Under the pieces are notes generated by a model. It did not search any database. It saw nothing but the letters and a program-made list of their open reading frames with translations, and was not told the DNA's origin. The translations under genes were made by a program, and so were the position numbers. Positions 20,001 to 29,930 of a DNA stretch of 64,000 nt are shown piece by piece (within the stretch, counting starts at the first letter, position 1; every line of letters begins with the position of its first letter). The stretch lies in the IMG/VR virus record IMGVR_UViG_3300005805_000002, positions 1 to 64,000 of that record; one strand, given 5' to 3'. The DNA is from a virus. Lineage: Duplodnaviria; Caudoviricetes.

Positions 20001-23000
20001 TGCCGAAACGAAAAATGAGATAACGCCTGCTGCTGAAACGAAAAGTGAGATAGCGCCCCCAGCGGAGATAGACCAGACTCCGGATGAACGTTGGGTATCT
20101 ACCTCGCTGACAGCTTTCGAGCAGAAGCTCTCCGAGCTGTCAGGTAAGAAGTACGACAAGATCAAGGCCGCACTGAAAACCGAAGAAGGACGCGCGGAAC
20201 TCCGGAAAAAACTTGGCGGCATCTTCAGCAAGTCACTGAATCAGAACCTCCTCGATGAAGGGGTCAAAGATCCCGTGACCCGGGCCGAGGCCATCGAGAA
20301 CGCTCTGTACGGGAAAACCTCTGAAACCACCGGAGAGCTTACCAAGAACGTTCTGTCTGACCTGCTGACGAATTTAGAGAATACGGGAGATCCCTTCCAA
20401 GTAGCTAAGGGCGTTAACTATGACGCTTGGGGTGCGCGGGGTCGCGACCAGTATCGCCCCGGCATGGAACGCCAAAGCAAGCGAGGCAGCTTGGTAACGC
20501 AAGACGGCAGGACCCAAGAAGTCGCCGACGACGCTCAGGGCGGACGGACTCTTTCCTCCGGAACTGTTCTCGGGGGAGCAACCTCGACAGCGCAGCAAGA
20601 GCGAGAAGCTCGTTTGGCCGAATACGAGGCCCGTAAAAACGAGGCCGTTCAAGAAACGGCCTTGTCTATTGCCCAGAAATACGCGGCCCAGCTCGGAGAG
20701 TCTGTCGAGGATACCCGGCTGGCGATTGCCAAACTCTTGAAAGACAGCTTCGGAGTTGATGTCGACGTTGAAGCGCTGGGTTGGAGAACTCCGGGTTCCA
20801 AGACCCGCGTTAAGACCAAGCTGGTTGCCAAGCTCAAAGGACAGGGCGACCAGATCTTCAAGGACCTCGCGACCTCTCTCCGCACCAATCTCGCCGAGGT
20901 CACCGCCGCTGCCCGAGCGGACGGGTTGCTCCAGTCCGAACCCGCTTTCGTGAATTTGCGGCTCATCGATTTGGTCGAGCGCGAGATTGTCATCGGACTA
21001 GAGACAGCCGAGACCCTCAATGCGGCTGCTAACGAAGCCCGCCGTACGGGTTCGATTGCCCCGCTCGAAGCGGCCTTGCGCTACATTAAAGGGAACGAAG
21101 CCATCGGGTATGCGATTTCGGACGCCGTTGCTACGGTCCTGAATAATGGCAAGCCGCTGACCAATCCCGAACGACTTTCCTCCCTGACCAACGACGACCT
21201 ACGGGCAGTGGCTCAAAGCCCGCTGCTTCCGGAAGGTGTCGGCGCGGTTCTCTCGGCACTCACCGAAATCGGCGGCGATCCGCTCGACGTAGTCTCCAAG
21301 TCTTCTCGACCGGAGTTCCGGTTGCTTGCCGGGGTCCTCAAGGAAGCCCGGAAGGGAAGCCCCCGGGAGTCCTTGGTATACAACTTTGCGCTTCTGCCCC
21401 AACTCTTCGGCGAGCGCCAGACGGCACAGGGTTACTGGTGGGCCAGCAACAAAGATACCATCTACGTTTCTCCGTTCAGCGAGAGCGTCGAGGGCACGGC
21501 CCTCCACGAGTACCTTCACGCTTTGGTTAACGATAAGTTGGATATTTTCCTCCGCGACCCTGACAGCGAGCTTATCACCGAATCGGAGCGCGAAGCGTTT
21601 AACGAGCTGATCGAACTCAAGACCCAAGTCGAAGCCGAGGCCCTCCAACGGCTCGCAGATGCCGAAGCCCGGGGCATGTCGAAAGACGCGCTCCGTCAAA
21701 TGCGTCGCGACCTTCTCGGAGGTGTCAACAACACCAGTATCGATCTGTCTGAGTTTCTCAACGAGTCGCTGAACCACCAGCCGTTCCAGCAATTCCTCTC
21801 GGAACTCAAGTCCGACAAGGCAGGCAAGTCTCTCTACGCAAAAGTCCTCAACGCTATTCTCCGATTTGTCGTCGGCCGTAAAGTCGCAGCCGATTCAACG
21901 CTCCAACGGGCGTTTGAATTGACCGTTTCAATTGCTTCGGATACCCGCCAGAATCTGCCGATCCAGCAGCGCAATCCGACGCAGGTCCAGTTCATGCGCC
22001 GTTTGCAGACGAGACTCGGTCGTCCTCTTACTCCAGAGGAAACGAAACTAGCCGCCCAAGACTTTGCAGTTAAATACCCGCATCCGGCGTCCGTTGACAC
22101 CGAGGCTCAGGCTGCCGAGGCAGCCGGGCAACTTAACGAAGCGGGTATCGACTCGTTCAATGCGCTGGCTTTTGAGTTCGTCTCTCCCAATGAAAAGGAG
22201 GACGTGTCCTTTGAGCAGGCCCTTGCCGAGCTGAATGCCGAACAGCAGGGAGCTTTGAAAGAATTTGGAGACCGCGTCAACGAGGCGCTGGGGATCACAG
22301 GAGCCACTGCAACCGACGCCATCGGAGACTGGGCTGACGGCGCGGAACCGACCACAGTAACCGAGCATCAGAGCGACATCCCGTACGAGGATCTTAGAAT
22401 CTTGGCTGCCTTGAAAGCCGCCTTCGCTAACCAGAAGGCTGCTATTGCTTTCAAAGCAGATCCAACGGGAGAGCAGTTCCTGTACGAACTGATTATCCCC
22501 GGCACTATGGAGGAGGCGCGGGACATCCTTTCCGCCGCCGGAATCCAATATCGCACTTTGATTGAACAAGAGGGCAGCTCGCGTGTCATTATATTCGACG
22601 CTGACGGGTCGGCCTTTGATTCTTTCGCAGACCTAGTACAATCCAACAACTATGAATTCAACTTCTTCAACGGGCGCGGCGAGTTTATCGGAAGCGGAGA
22701 CTCCCGGACCCAAAGCAAGGAAATATACGCCGGAACAATTGCGGCAGAAATTGACCGCCTTGGGCGGCAAGGACAAAACGCTGGACCCGGCAGCCCCGAG
22801 AGCATTCGAGCTACCCGTCTCCGGGAACTCGCCGTCGAAGCCGGACTCGGAGACCAGCCTACCTTACAAGCGAGCGCCCAAGGGTTGGGACCCGATAGCG
22901 GAAGCAACCAAGTTCAAAGGCAAAACGTTCGGCCCAACGCCGAGCCAAACCCCTTCGTCCAAGAAGGCGTAAGCGGCTACAACCGGAAGTTCGGCTTAGG

Positions 23001-26000
23001 CCGAGTCATTCAGGGGCACTACGCCCCGGTCAACGAGCAGCGGGCCCGCAATATCGCCGCAGCCTACGAGGCTCTCCCGGTCCTCGACAACAGTCCGGAA
23101 ACACTAGAGGCCTATCGCCAACTAGCTTTGGAAATCCAGCGGCAGTGGGACTTTGCCATCAACGAGATGGGGGTCACCTTCGAGCCGTGGACTAGCGAAG
23201 GTCAGCCGTACGCCAACTCACGCGAGATGGTCCGCGACGTTCGCGACAATAAACATCTCTGGTTCTTCACAGGCGGGGAGCCCCATCCGCTTCTCAACGA
23301 GCCCGACGAGAACGGGCTCACGATGAACGACAAACTGCGCGCGATTCACGACCTCTTCGGTCACGCCGCAGAAGACTACCAGTTCGGCGCTCGTGGAGAG
23401 GAGAACGCTTGGATCAAGCATAGCCAAATGTTCTCGCCGCTGGCCCAACGCGCGCTCACGACCGAAACCCGTGGTCAAAATTCTTGGGTCAACTTCGGCC
23501 CGCAAAACTACGCTGCCGACGGCACGAAGATCAGCATTCCCGCCGCCGAGCGCCCGTTCGCCGTGCAAAAAGTGGCTCTGCTTCCCGAGCAGTTCATGGA
23601 CTGGCGAGGCGCACTTAATGAAAGCCCCGCGCCAAGTGCCAGCCAACCTACTACGCCTCCGAGGGCTGAGCTTTCCGAAGACGCTTTCGAGAGCATGATG
23701 GAAGCTCGGGAGTACGTTCGCCGCAGGTTCCTCCAAGCAGCGAAGGCCCTGAACACCGATATCTACCCGAATCTCGGAGGTTACACTGCCCATTACGTTT
23801 ATAGCGGTCCCAAGGGGTCTCATTTCATCGAGTACAATCCTTACGACTTGGTCGGCATGAACCCCGCTCAAGTGGACGCCATGATGCGTGAAGAGCTTAT
23901 TCACGCGGCCAGTGGTCTCGTTCTCCGACAAAAGGGAATAGACTGGGAAGACTTCTATGGTGACCTCGCCAACTCACTGACCAAAAAGCAACGGGCCCAG
24001 CTCAAGCAAGTTTACACATCGGCCAATACTGCGGTGGACGTGGGGGCTGAGTACTTTCGCGCGGGGGTTCAGAAACTCTTGTACGGAACGATCACCGAGC
24101 AGGAGATGAAAGAAACCGCGATGCAAAAAATCGTGGCTCTTCTCAAGGACGTCGTCGCCTATTTCACTAAGGCGAAAATGTCGCCCGCCGTACGGGAAGT
24201 TTACGATGAGACGGTCAAGATGGTACGCCGGGCGGATCCCAAGTTCGCCGCGAAGGGTCCTTCGGCTAGCGAGGCTCCGGGATTGTCGCCGCAAGCAGCC
24301 TTCACTTACCTAGACGGGTACCAGAGACTTTTGAAGAGCTTCCGCGACGCCGAGATTCGCAGCTTCAAAGAGAAATCGAAGTTCCTCACCGAGCCCGAGC
24401 GGGCCAAGTTCCGCGAAGATACCCGCAGGACTTTCTTGGAGATATACAAGTCGCTCCCCAGCGAAAAAGAATTCGCCGCCGTCGCTCTCGGTGGTCAGGC
24501 AAAGCGCGGATGGTACGAAAATTCGACCAAGGCCCTCGTCCAAGTATTCGGGGTGGACGCACCAAGATTCGCCGCACTGCTCGCCGCAACCAGCCCGCAG
24601 ACGAGTGTCGAAAACAACTTGGTCAATGCCCTCAACATCTGGAAAAACTGGGTAGCCGCAGGCCGTCCGACGGACCGGACCTCGATTGTTCGGGTCATGG
24701 GCGACTCGGTGATGGGGAATAAAGGTGAGGACAGTGTCTTGGACGCTTGGGTGAACAACAGCGTCCGGGCTCTGGCTTCCGAGTTCCCCGACGAGCTGAC
24801 CATCAGCGGGCCCAAGGTCAACTCGTTCATGCTGAACCTGCGCGGGTTCGTTAACGAAGTCACCAACGATGCGTGGATGGCGAACTTCGCTTTGGTTGAT
24901 CAAACGATCTTCAGCGGCAGCCTGAATGCGGATGGCACTGACCCCGGAAAACGCCCGGGATACCTAGCCATGTCTGCAAGAGTTCGGGCGGCGGCGGACT
25001 ACTTGACCAAACTGACCGGGGAAACTTGGACGCCTGCCGAAGTTCAAGAGACTGTGTGGTCTTGGGCTAAGACTCTTTACGAACTGCAAGAAAGAAAAGG
25101 TGAGACGCGTGACGCTCTGGAAATTCTCCAAGCCGGAGAACTGACCGACGAGGCCATTGCGGCGACACCGGACTTTGCTACATTACTAGACGATGGAGAC
25201 TACAGAAAAATCCTCGAAGAAGCCGGATACGGAGAAGCCCTTGCTGGACTCTCTGGACTCCGTTCTGGACCAGATGGAAGAACCGAGCGACGCTTTGCTC
25301 CAGAAACAGGCTCGCCTGTTGCAGAAGTTATACGAAAAGGCCAAGAGCGAGCAGCGGCCCGCCTAGCCAAGCTCTACCAAATCAGGGCGCAGGAAAGCGA
25401 AAAGAACCGGATTCCCGGACCGAAAGCCAGCGCCCCCAGTTTTGTCTCCGCCCCCGTTGCCGGGTTTATCCCCAGCACGTTCGGGCCGGATGCCCGTACC
25501 TCCAGTGAGGCCCTTTACCGTCTGAGGTTCATGTCTCCGGACTACGCTCCGATTGGACGGGCGCTTGCCGACAAAACCCACTTCAAGTGGACCGAGACTG
25601 AAACCAAGGATAAAGCCCTTGAGTTCATCGACGTTGCCCACAACGGAGACCTGAAGGCCGCTTTCTACTCCTCGCTAAACGGGGGAGGTTTGACCTCCGA
25701 ACAGGCCGTTATGGTACAGGGTTTTGTCCTGAAAAGAACTCAGGATGCCGCCAATGCCGCGCAAGCTGAAATTGCCAAGCTCGTCAACGCGGCCAGCACT
25801 TCAGTAGACGCCAGCGAGAAGAGCAAAATCTTGAAACGGGTTCGCGACTTGGAGCTTGTTCGAGACCTTCTCCAGCAGGACGCGGACGCTTTTGCTGACC
25901 GAGTTGCCGACTCCGCCAGCGCAGCGGGTTCGGAGCTAAGGGCCTTCCGCTTGCTGGCCGACACATTGGTTCCCCGCTCGTGGGTTCGCCAATACGTACG

Positions 26001-29000
26001 TCCGATCTCCAAGGTTCAGGAGAACGCCGTCAAGAAGGACAAGACTGGCCGAGACATCATGGCCGCGCTGATCAGCGCCCGTCGCGCAGCCGCGAATAAA
26101 GCAGCCAAGCGCATCGATTCGCTTCTCAAGCAAGCAGCCAAGAACTTCGTTCCCAAGAAACTGTCGCAGGAAGAAATCGAAGCGGCCACTCAAGTGGCTC
26201 GTATGCTGGCAGCTCCCATTCCGGTCCGGGATCAAATTGTTAATGCGGCGGTTGAAGACGCTGTCATACAAGGCTTGGAGACCATCAAGCGCGGAGTCAA
26301 CCCGCAGCAGAAAGACCTCCAGTCGATCTTGAACGTTTGGGAGAAACGTCTCCGGGATACCGCGACCGAGCAGCTCAACAAAGGCATTCAAGACAGGCTG
26401 ACTGGCGGCTTGGTTGCCTCGCCTCAGCCTACGCTCACCGAAGAAGAGAAGCGCGAAGCCGAGGCCAGAAAGCTCGCCGATTTCTGGAGAGAGTTCAGCG
26501 ATCTCCCGTTCGCCGAAACCGTGTTCAATATCGCGCAGTCGAAAATTTCGTCCGCAGATACCCCATACGCCAACTTGGTGAAGGGCGTGAAGTTTGATCC
26601 GGCAGCTAGCGCAATTCTTAAACGCACGGTGCGCGGCTCGATCAATATCGCCGAAGAGATCCGTAAGACAGCGGACGAGCGTGGGTTGACTCTCGATGTA
26701 CTGAAAGCCCGGTTAGCCCAGCATAACCCGAGCCTGACCGACACTCAGCTAGCCCGATTGGCCGAAGCTGTGGAGAAAGTTTACAACGCCGAAGTTCAGG
26801 AAGCCGCTAAGGCCGCGTTGGAACGCATCAAGAAAGCTGCCGTCACACCGGAAGCCAAGCGGATCGTGGACAACAACGTTATCCAGAGGCTTCTCCCGTT
26901 GGTCAACATGGGAGTCTTCTCTGATGAAGCCGCGTACAACGCCGTCGCCGAGAAATACGGCTTGCCGACCTACAACGAGGACGCCGTCAAACGTCTGGAA
27001 AAGATGGCGACCGAATTGCAGGCCCTGCCGGAGGGTTCGTTCCAGCGCCTCGAAGGCGGGCAACGTCTTGCCTTGGAAATTTTGAAAGCGCACTTCGGAA
27101 GCGCGAAAGGAAAGCAAAAACTTCGACACCTTAACAATGTCGCCAGCGCTTTCTGGACTGCGGCTATCCTGAGTGCTCCTCCCACTCAAATCGTCAACGC
27201 CTCAATGACGTCGGTCTCCGTATTCTTGGAATCTATGGCCGAAGCGACGGGTTACTACTTCGCTGGACGCAGGGCGGGCATGAGCCGTTCGGACGCACGA
27301 GAATTTTTCAAAGACGCAGCCCGCGCGTGGCTCTTCGCCTTCGGCAAGAACGCGTCGAATACTTCTCGTCGAGCCATCGACGAGGCCTACATGGCGCTCA
27401 AAAAAGGGACGACACGATTCAAAGCCGAGAAGATGGAAGATCTCGCTCCGCTGGAAATGTTCGACTTCGACCCGAAAGTGGCGATCCCGGGCAACGCGAT
27501 GATGGACGCGATCTCCTCCGGGGAATTCAAGAAGGCCGGAAAAGCAGCCAAAGAGACCGCCCAAGCTGTGGGCCGCACGATGGCGGGTCGGGCTAAGGGT
27601 GTTGCTCTTGGTCTAGTCTCCGGAGACATGAACCGCGCGGGCAGGTCAGCCAAAGACGCGCTGAAAGACTACGCGGCTACAATGAAAGTTGTCGGCCGCA
27701 TGATGCTCGCCGCTGATGCTGTCAATAGCACCTCTGCGACTTCCGCCAAACAGATGATGATGAAAAGGTATCTTATGGCGACGCAGGACGGCTTGTCCTC
27801 AAGCGAGATCGAAACCCAAATGACTGAAATCCGGAATGGCGGAAACCAGAATATCAAGGACATGGCTCTGGCTACGGCTGAGGATGAAGCCGTCCGGGGC
27901 GACTTCGGTCCTTCGGGAACACGTGAGCACGATATCGCCAAAGCCCGTCGGGTAGAACAGATCATTGAGCAACAGACGTACGGGCCAGAGGTAATGGATC
28001 GGGGGCGCGACTTTGCGGCCGTGGCTTCCTTCAATAGCGATCCGTACGGAGTAGTTGGATGGTTTATGACCTTTCTGTTCGGGAACATGAACAAGGTCGG
28101 GGGAGTAGTTCTCAAGCCGATCAACCCGTTTCCAAAGACCGTATCGAACCTACTTAACGCCGCACTTAACTACACGCCGTACGGAAACTTGCGGGCTATG
28201 GGCTGGAACATCAGCAACCAGTTAGTTTTTGATGAGGATAACAAGTTCTTCCGAGCCGCTCCCGAGACGCACTCACCGGAATGGTACGCCGCTCATGCGA
28301 GGGGATTAGCCGGAACGTCCGCGCTGGTCCTGCTGGGAGCGCTAATCAAAGGGGCTGCTGACGAGCGGGATGAAGGTCGAGTACCGTGGTTTGAAATTTT
28401 TGGAGCGGGCCCAAAGACAGCAAGAGAGCGCCGTCAATGGAGAGAGGCCGGAGGTGTTCAATTCAGTATTAAGATGGGTAATCTGGTCCTTCGGTACACC
28501 GACTGGCCGGGCTTGAGTATCGCGCTTGGGGTGCTTGGAACCCTTTACGACAACCATGTGTGGGGCAACAAAGAGCAGACCTTCGTAGACAAGCTCTTCG
28601 TTGGCATGACTTCCGTGATCGGCACGACGCTAAACAGGAACATGCTCGGCGGAGCCAGTGTTGTTTTCGATATGGTGTCTTCGAGTACCTCTGACGACCA
28701 GAAGCAGGCGGCGTGGGCGCGGTATTTAGCAAGCTATCCGCAGGGATTTATTCGTCCCGCGCTCGTCCGCTGGGCGGAGACAATCGCTACTGGAACATAT
28801 CAGGAGAACCGCAGTTTGCCGGGCTGGATCCTTTCCCAGATGCCTGTGGTCGGAGCTTTCCGTGGCCGACCTTCACTCAACGTTCTCGGCGAACCAATAC
28901 AAATAACCGCATGGGATGCGACAGCAGGGAGACTTGTATCGTTAAAGGATACACACCCGATTCTCTCCCCGCTTACGGACGCCAATTTGTTTATCAATCC

Positions 29001-29268
29001 GGCGCAGGCCTACAAGCTAGTCGATTCCTCCTCTGAAGTGGGCCTGCGGGAGATGTCGCAGTCGGAGCTGTACGACTACGCGAAGATTTACGGAGAAGAA
29101 CTTCGCAGGGTTTTGACCCCGTCTTTGGTGGACAACCTCGTCAAGATGGCCCGACAGAACCCCGAAGCAGCGCAGGACACTCTTAACGAGTTTGCTCTCG
29201 CTGCCAGAAACCGCGCGCAGGCTGCCATGCGGTCGCAACGGAACTTTCAAAAAGCGCCGAACCGATGA
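17023..29268 (+). CDS. 4081-aa polyvalent internal virion / DNA-ejection protein
   Basis: Gly/Ala hydrophobic N-terminal region; HEYLH zincin (21505); HDLFGH domain (23347); EELIH (23890); WY..ALLAATSPQ..GPKVNSF..VTNDAWM domain (from 24511); long helical C-terminus. Confidence 0.8.
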   Translation: MAFNESALEQPYMSWDDVVSSEAYRSRNNEERLETFDNWSEYNVAYRQKQMGGMDPEAIKQVEPALKEEEEWMVSKREELAGRYSIPGLLEREGVPAEDSGRVIDILQDSSSLKQQGFSDKQISEAREKVWDAYGQSFKFSQTGPSGELSESDEELKKRFWEDPTVGDNLNTVWNQFANNTYTVALRTLAGIADFSDRGSAMLANAGSMLGLPEDEKYTDFEGKKDERFFGSIANWARGLSDEISAGLPTDPRLGRYTQAAIGGATQMPINLVTAPFTALNAVTNYGQMYEDNYQTFRDAHARAIYDEAVDAGRISPETSFDLWESRLTDEEKADISGAAAWKAAIVAVPQAALETVMDKFLVNGIPLEGVPGGKVVGSLMSWGRRSMPKVTAATAIFGSATAKGVGEAITEGLQDFPKNVVETAIEGKATGVGDFVARSFKDLDLSMVGGFAGGTTAGGITANTTLRQERAAQWAIGMVDQTSDVYKKAAERVEQTKQQAGEQSLQYKEASRNFEALQDQAHWILNKLSDPKADSTRAAVAEERAKATKTFRDEFTNWAKQNGFENALAAGTEGNRDFNRKVAEIRGRFANLRRAAQSQGLTQTAQAINEAERTQVAEAAKELTDRQKEAQDAINAFIGSVDQTGPGRAAYARSEIMRVFPDFAFSEDFKNDDVVIGILDALESREINADTDLAAWLQKEIPSAKVEDNVANPPSETVQAPTATQTQTTPQDNGQTSTENQTSGETAAVPDAATDGSGTGVGSETGGTGTVSVVETATDTGNTQAPGTTTTANVPAVNLSADPELETAVTQAKTAEEFEAWAKKNKRDAIRPPEGGIYSPRVYWSTRQQQAENQTQQAPEETTQNVETTAETGATGETTPESTANETQPTPPPAVDTAAIVAEVEANPQTHSRKVGRKTEISREAAVAALSKLPEGTISRRQAIELGKSLNLSGPRVARLAALRGDAAAASDILAGKYDADLGLFDRATAPVAETKNEITPAAETKSEIAPPAEIDQTPDERWVSTSLTAFEQKLSELSGKKYDKIKAALKTEEGRAELRKKLGGIFSKSLNQNLLDEGVKDPVTRAEAIENALYGKTSETTGELTKNVLSDLLTNLENTGDPFQVAKGVNYDAWGARGRDQYRPGMERQSKRGSLVTQDGRTQEVADDAQGGRTLSSGTVLGGATSTAQQEREARLAEYEARKNEAVQETALSIAQKYAAQLGESVEDTRLAIAKLLKDSFGVDVDVEALGWRTPGSKTRVKTKLVAKLKGQGDQIFKDLATSLRTNLAEVTAAARADGLLQSEPAFVNLRLIDLVEREIVIGLETAETLNAAANEARRTGSIAPLEAALRYIKGNEAIGYAISDAVATVLNNGKPLTNPERLSSLTNDDLRAVAQSPLLPEGVGAVLSALTEIGGDPLDVVSKSSRPEFRLLAGVLKEARKGSPRESLVYNFALLPQLFGERQTAQGYWWASNKDTIYVSPFSESVEGTALHEYLHALVNDKLDIFLRDPDSELITESEREAFNELIELKTQVEAEALQRLADAEARGMSKDALRQMRRDLLGGVNNTSIDLSEFLNESLNHQPFQQFLSELKSDKAGKSLYAKVLNAILRFVVGRKVAADSTLQRAFELTVSIASDTRQNLPIQQRNPTQVQFMRRLQTRLGRPLTPEETKLAAQDFAVKYPHPASVDTEAQAAEAAGQLNEAGIDSFNALAFEFVSPNEKEDVSFEQALAELNAEQQGALKEFGDRVNEALGITGATATDAIGDWADGAEPTTVTEHQSDIPYEDLRILAALKAAFANQKAAIAFKADPTGEQFLYELIIPGTMEEARDILSAAGIQYRTLIEQEGSSRVIIFDADGSAFDSFADLVQSNNYEFNFFNGRGEFIGSGDSRTQSKEIYAGTIAAEIDRLGRQGQNAGPGSPESIRATRLRELAVEAGLGDQPTLQASAQGLGPDSGSNQVQRQNVRPNAEPNPFVQEGVSGYNRKFGLGRVIQGHYAPVNEQRARNIAAAYEALPVLDNSPETLEAYRQLALEIQRQWDFAINEMGVTFEPWTSEGQPYANSREMVRDVRDNKHLWFFTGGEPHPLLNEPDENGLTMNDKLRAIHDLFGHAAEDYQFGARGEENAWIKHSQMFSPLAQRALTTETRGQNSWVNFGPQNYAADGTKISIPAAERPFAVQKVALLPEQFMDWRGALNESPAPSASQPTTPPRAELSEDAFESMMEAREYVRRRFLQAAKALNTDIYPNLGGYTAHYVYSGPKGSHFIEYNPYDLVGMNPAQVDAMMREELIHAASGLVLRQKGIDWEDFYGDLANSLTKKQRAQLKQVYTSANTAVDVGAEYFRAGVQKLLYGTITEQEMKETAMQKIVALLKDVVAYFTKAKMSPAVREVYDETVKMVRRADPKFAAKGPSASEAPGLSPQAAFTYLDGYQRLLKSFRDAEIRSFKEKSKFLTEPERAKFREDTRRTFLEIYKSLPSEKEFAAVALGGQAKRGWYENSTKALVQVFGVDAPRFAALLAATSPQTSVENNLVNALNIWKNWVAAGRPTDRTSIVRVMGDSVMGNKGEDSVLDAWVNNSVRALASEFPDELTISGPKVNSFMLNLRGFVNEVTNDAWMANFALVDQTIFSGSLNADGTDPGKRPGYLAMSARVRAAADYLTKLTGETWTPAEVQETVWSWAKTLYELQERKGETRDALEILQAGELTDEAIAATPDFATLLDDGDYRKILEEAGYGEALAGLSGLRSGPDGRTERRFAPETGSPVAEVIRKGQERAAARLAKLYQIRAQESEKNRIPGPKASAPSFVSAPVAGFIPSTFGPDARTSSEALYRLRFMSPDYAPIGRALADKTHFKWTETETKDKALEFIDVAHNGDLKAAFYSSLNGGGLTSEQAVMVQGFVLKRTQDAANAAQAEIAKLVNAASTSVDASEKSKILKRVRDLELVRDLLQQDADAFADRVADSASAAGSELRAFRLLADTLVPRSWVRQYVRPISKVQENAVKKDKTGRDIMAALISARRAAANKAAKRIDSLLKQAAKNFVPKKLSQEEIEAATQVARMLAAPIPVRDQIVNAAVEDAVIQGLETIKRGVNPQQKDLQSILNVWEKRLRDTATEQLNKGIQDRLTGGLVASPQPTLTEEEKREAEARKLADFWREFSDLPFAETVFNIAQSKISSADTPYANLVKGVKFDPAASAILKRTVRGSINIAEEIRKTADERGLTLDVLKARLAQHNPSLTDTQLARLAEAVEKVYNAEVQEAAKAALERIKKAAVTPEAKRIVDNNVIQRLLPLVNMGVFSDEAAYNAVAEKYGLPTYNEDAVKRLEKMATELQALPEGSFQRLEGGQRLALEILKAHFGSAKGKQKLRHLNNVASAFWTAAILSAPPTQIVNASMTSVSVFLESMAEATGYYFAGRRAGMSRSDAREFFKDAARAWLFAFGKNASNTSRRAIDEAYMALKKGTTRFKAEKMEDLAPLEMFDFDPKVAIPGNAMMDAISSGEFKKAGKAAKETAQAVGRTMAGRAKGVALGLVSGDMNRAGRSAKDALKDYAATMKVVGRMMLAADAVNSTSATSAKQMMMKRYLMATQDGLSSSEIETQMTEIRNGGNQNIKDMALATAEDEAVRGDFGPSGTREHDIAKARRVEQIIEQQTYGPEVMDRGRDFAAVASFNSDPYGVVGWFMTFLFGNMNKVGGVVLKPINPFPKTVSNLLNAALNYTPYGNLRAMGWNISNQLVFDEDNKFFRAAPETHSPEWYAAHARGLAGTSALVLLGALIKGAADERDEGRVPWFEIFGAGPKTARERRQWREAGGVQFSIKMGNLVLRYTDWPGLSIALGVLGTLYDNHVWGNKEQTFVDKLFVGMTSVIGTTLNRNMLGGASVVFDMVSSSTSDDQKQAAWARYLASYPQGFIRPALVRWAETIATGTYQENRSLPGWILSQMPVVGAFRGRPSLNVLGEPIQITAWDATAGRLVSLKDTHPILSPLTDANLFINPAQAYKLVDSSSEVGLREMSQSELYDYAKIYGEELRRVLTPSLVDNLVKMARQNPEAAQDTLNEFALAARNRAQAAMRSQRNFQKAPNR

Positions 29269-29930
29269 AGGAGATGCGGTTGGTTGACGTGGCCCGCGTA
29301 CCCGGCGAAGGCTGGAAAGCCAAGCAGCCGGAGACCGGATTTGTGGTTAAAGGCCAAAGCCTTCCCGGACTTATCCGGAATGTGCTGGTTTACCGGAATG
29401 CCAATCAGCTTCCGTGTCCGGCAAACTATAAGCGCATGGTAGAAAGCCAAGTTTGCGCGACCATGCCCGCCGACGAAGCTCTCGAAAAATGCATGGCTTT
29501 GGCGAAAGACGACCAGCAAAACCCGCCCGAGCTTCGACAGCGGCGGTCCTCTATAGAAGACCTAAAGAACTTTGCCTTGGCCGTGGAAGGTCTCATTGAA
29601 TCCAGAGCCACGGGTACGCGTGTCCATGTGGACAAGGAAGAAGCTGAGCGCCGTGCGGAGATCTGCGCCAAGTGCCCCAAGAATCTTCCGGTCGGAAACT
29701 GCTGGGGATGCGGGGTTCTTGGAAACCTTTACCGCAAGCTGCTTGGGCACCTTTCCTCGTCCAAAGATCCGGTGCTCCAATCCTGCGACGTATGCGGATG
29801 CGACAACAAGGTCAGCGTTCACCTCGCCGACGATGTCCACGCTTTAGTTGCCGAGAAGCAGGGGCTTTCGGCCGACGAGTTTCCAAGCCCGTGTTGGAAG
29901 AAAGACATACTTAGAGGGGGTGCCGTATGA
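29265..29930 (+). CDS. Cys-rich hypothetical protein
   Basis: RAEICAKC...CWGC...SCDVCGC...PCW; resembles the C-terminal Cys module of 12529..13767. Confidence 0.6.
   Translation: MKEMRLVDVARVPGEGWKAKQPETGFVVKGQSLPGLIRNVLVYRNANQLPCPANYKRMVESQVCATMPADEALEKCMALAKDDQQNPPELRQRRSSIEDLKNFALAVEGLIESRATGTRVHVDKEEAERRAEICAKCPKNLPVGNCWGCGVLGNLYRKLLGHLSSSKDPVLQSCDVCGCDNKVSVHLADDVHALVAEKQGLSADEFPSPCWKKDILRGGAV

Noticed and set aside
17023-29268. Virion RNA polymerase (N4- or crAss-type)
   Set aside because: I saw no DxDGD or T7-like polymerase motifs; the recognisable motifs are peptidase- and glycosylase-like.
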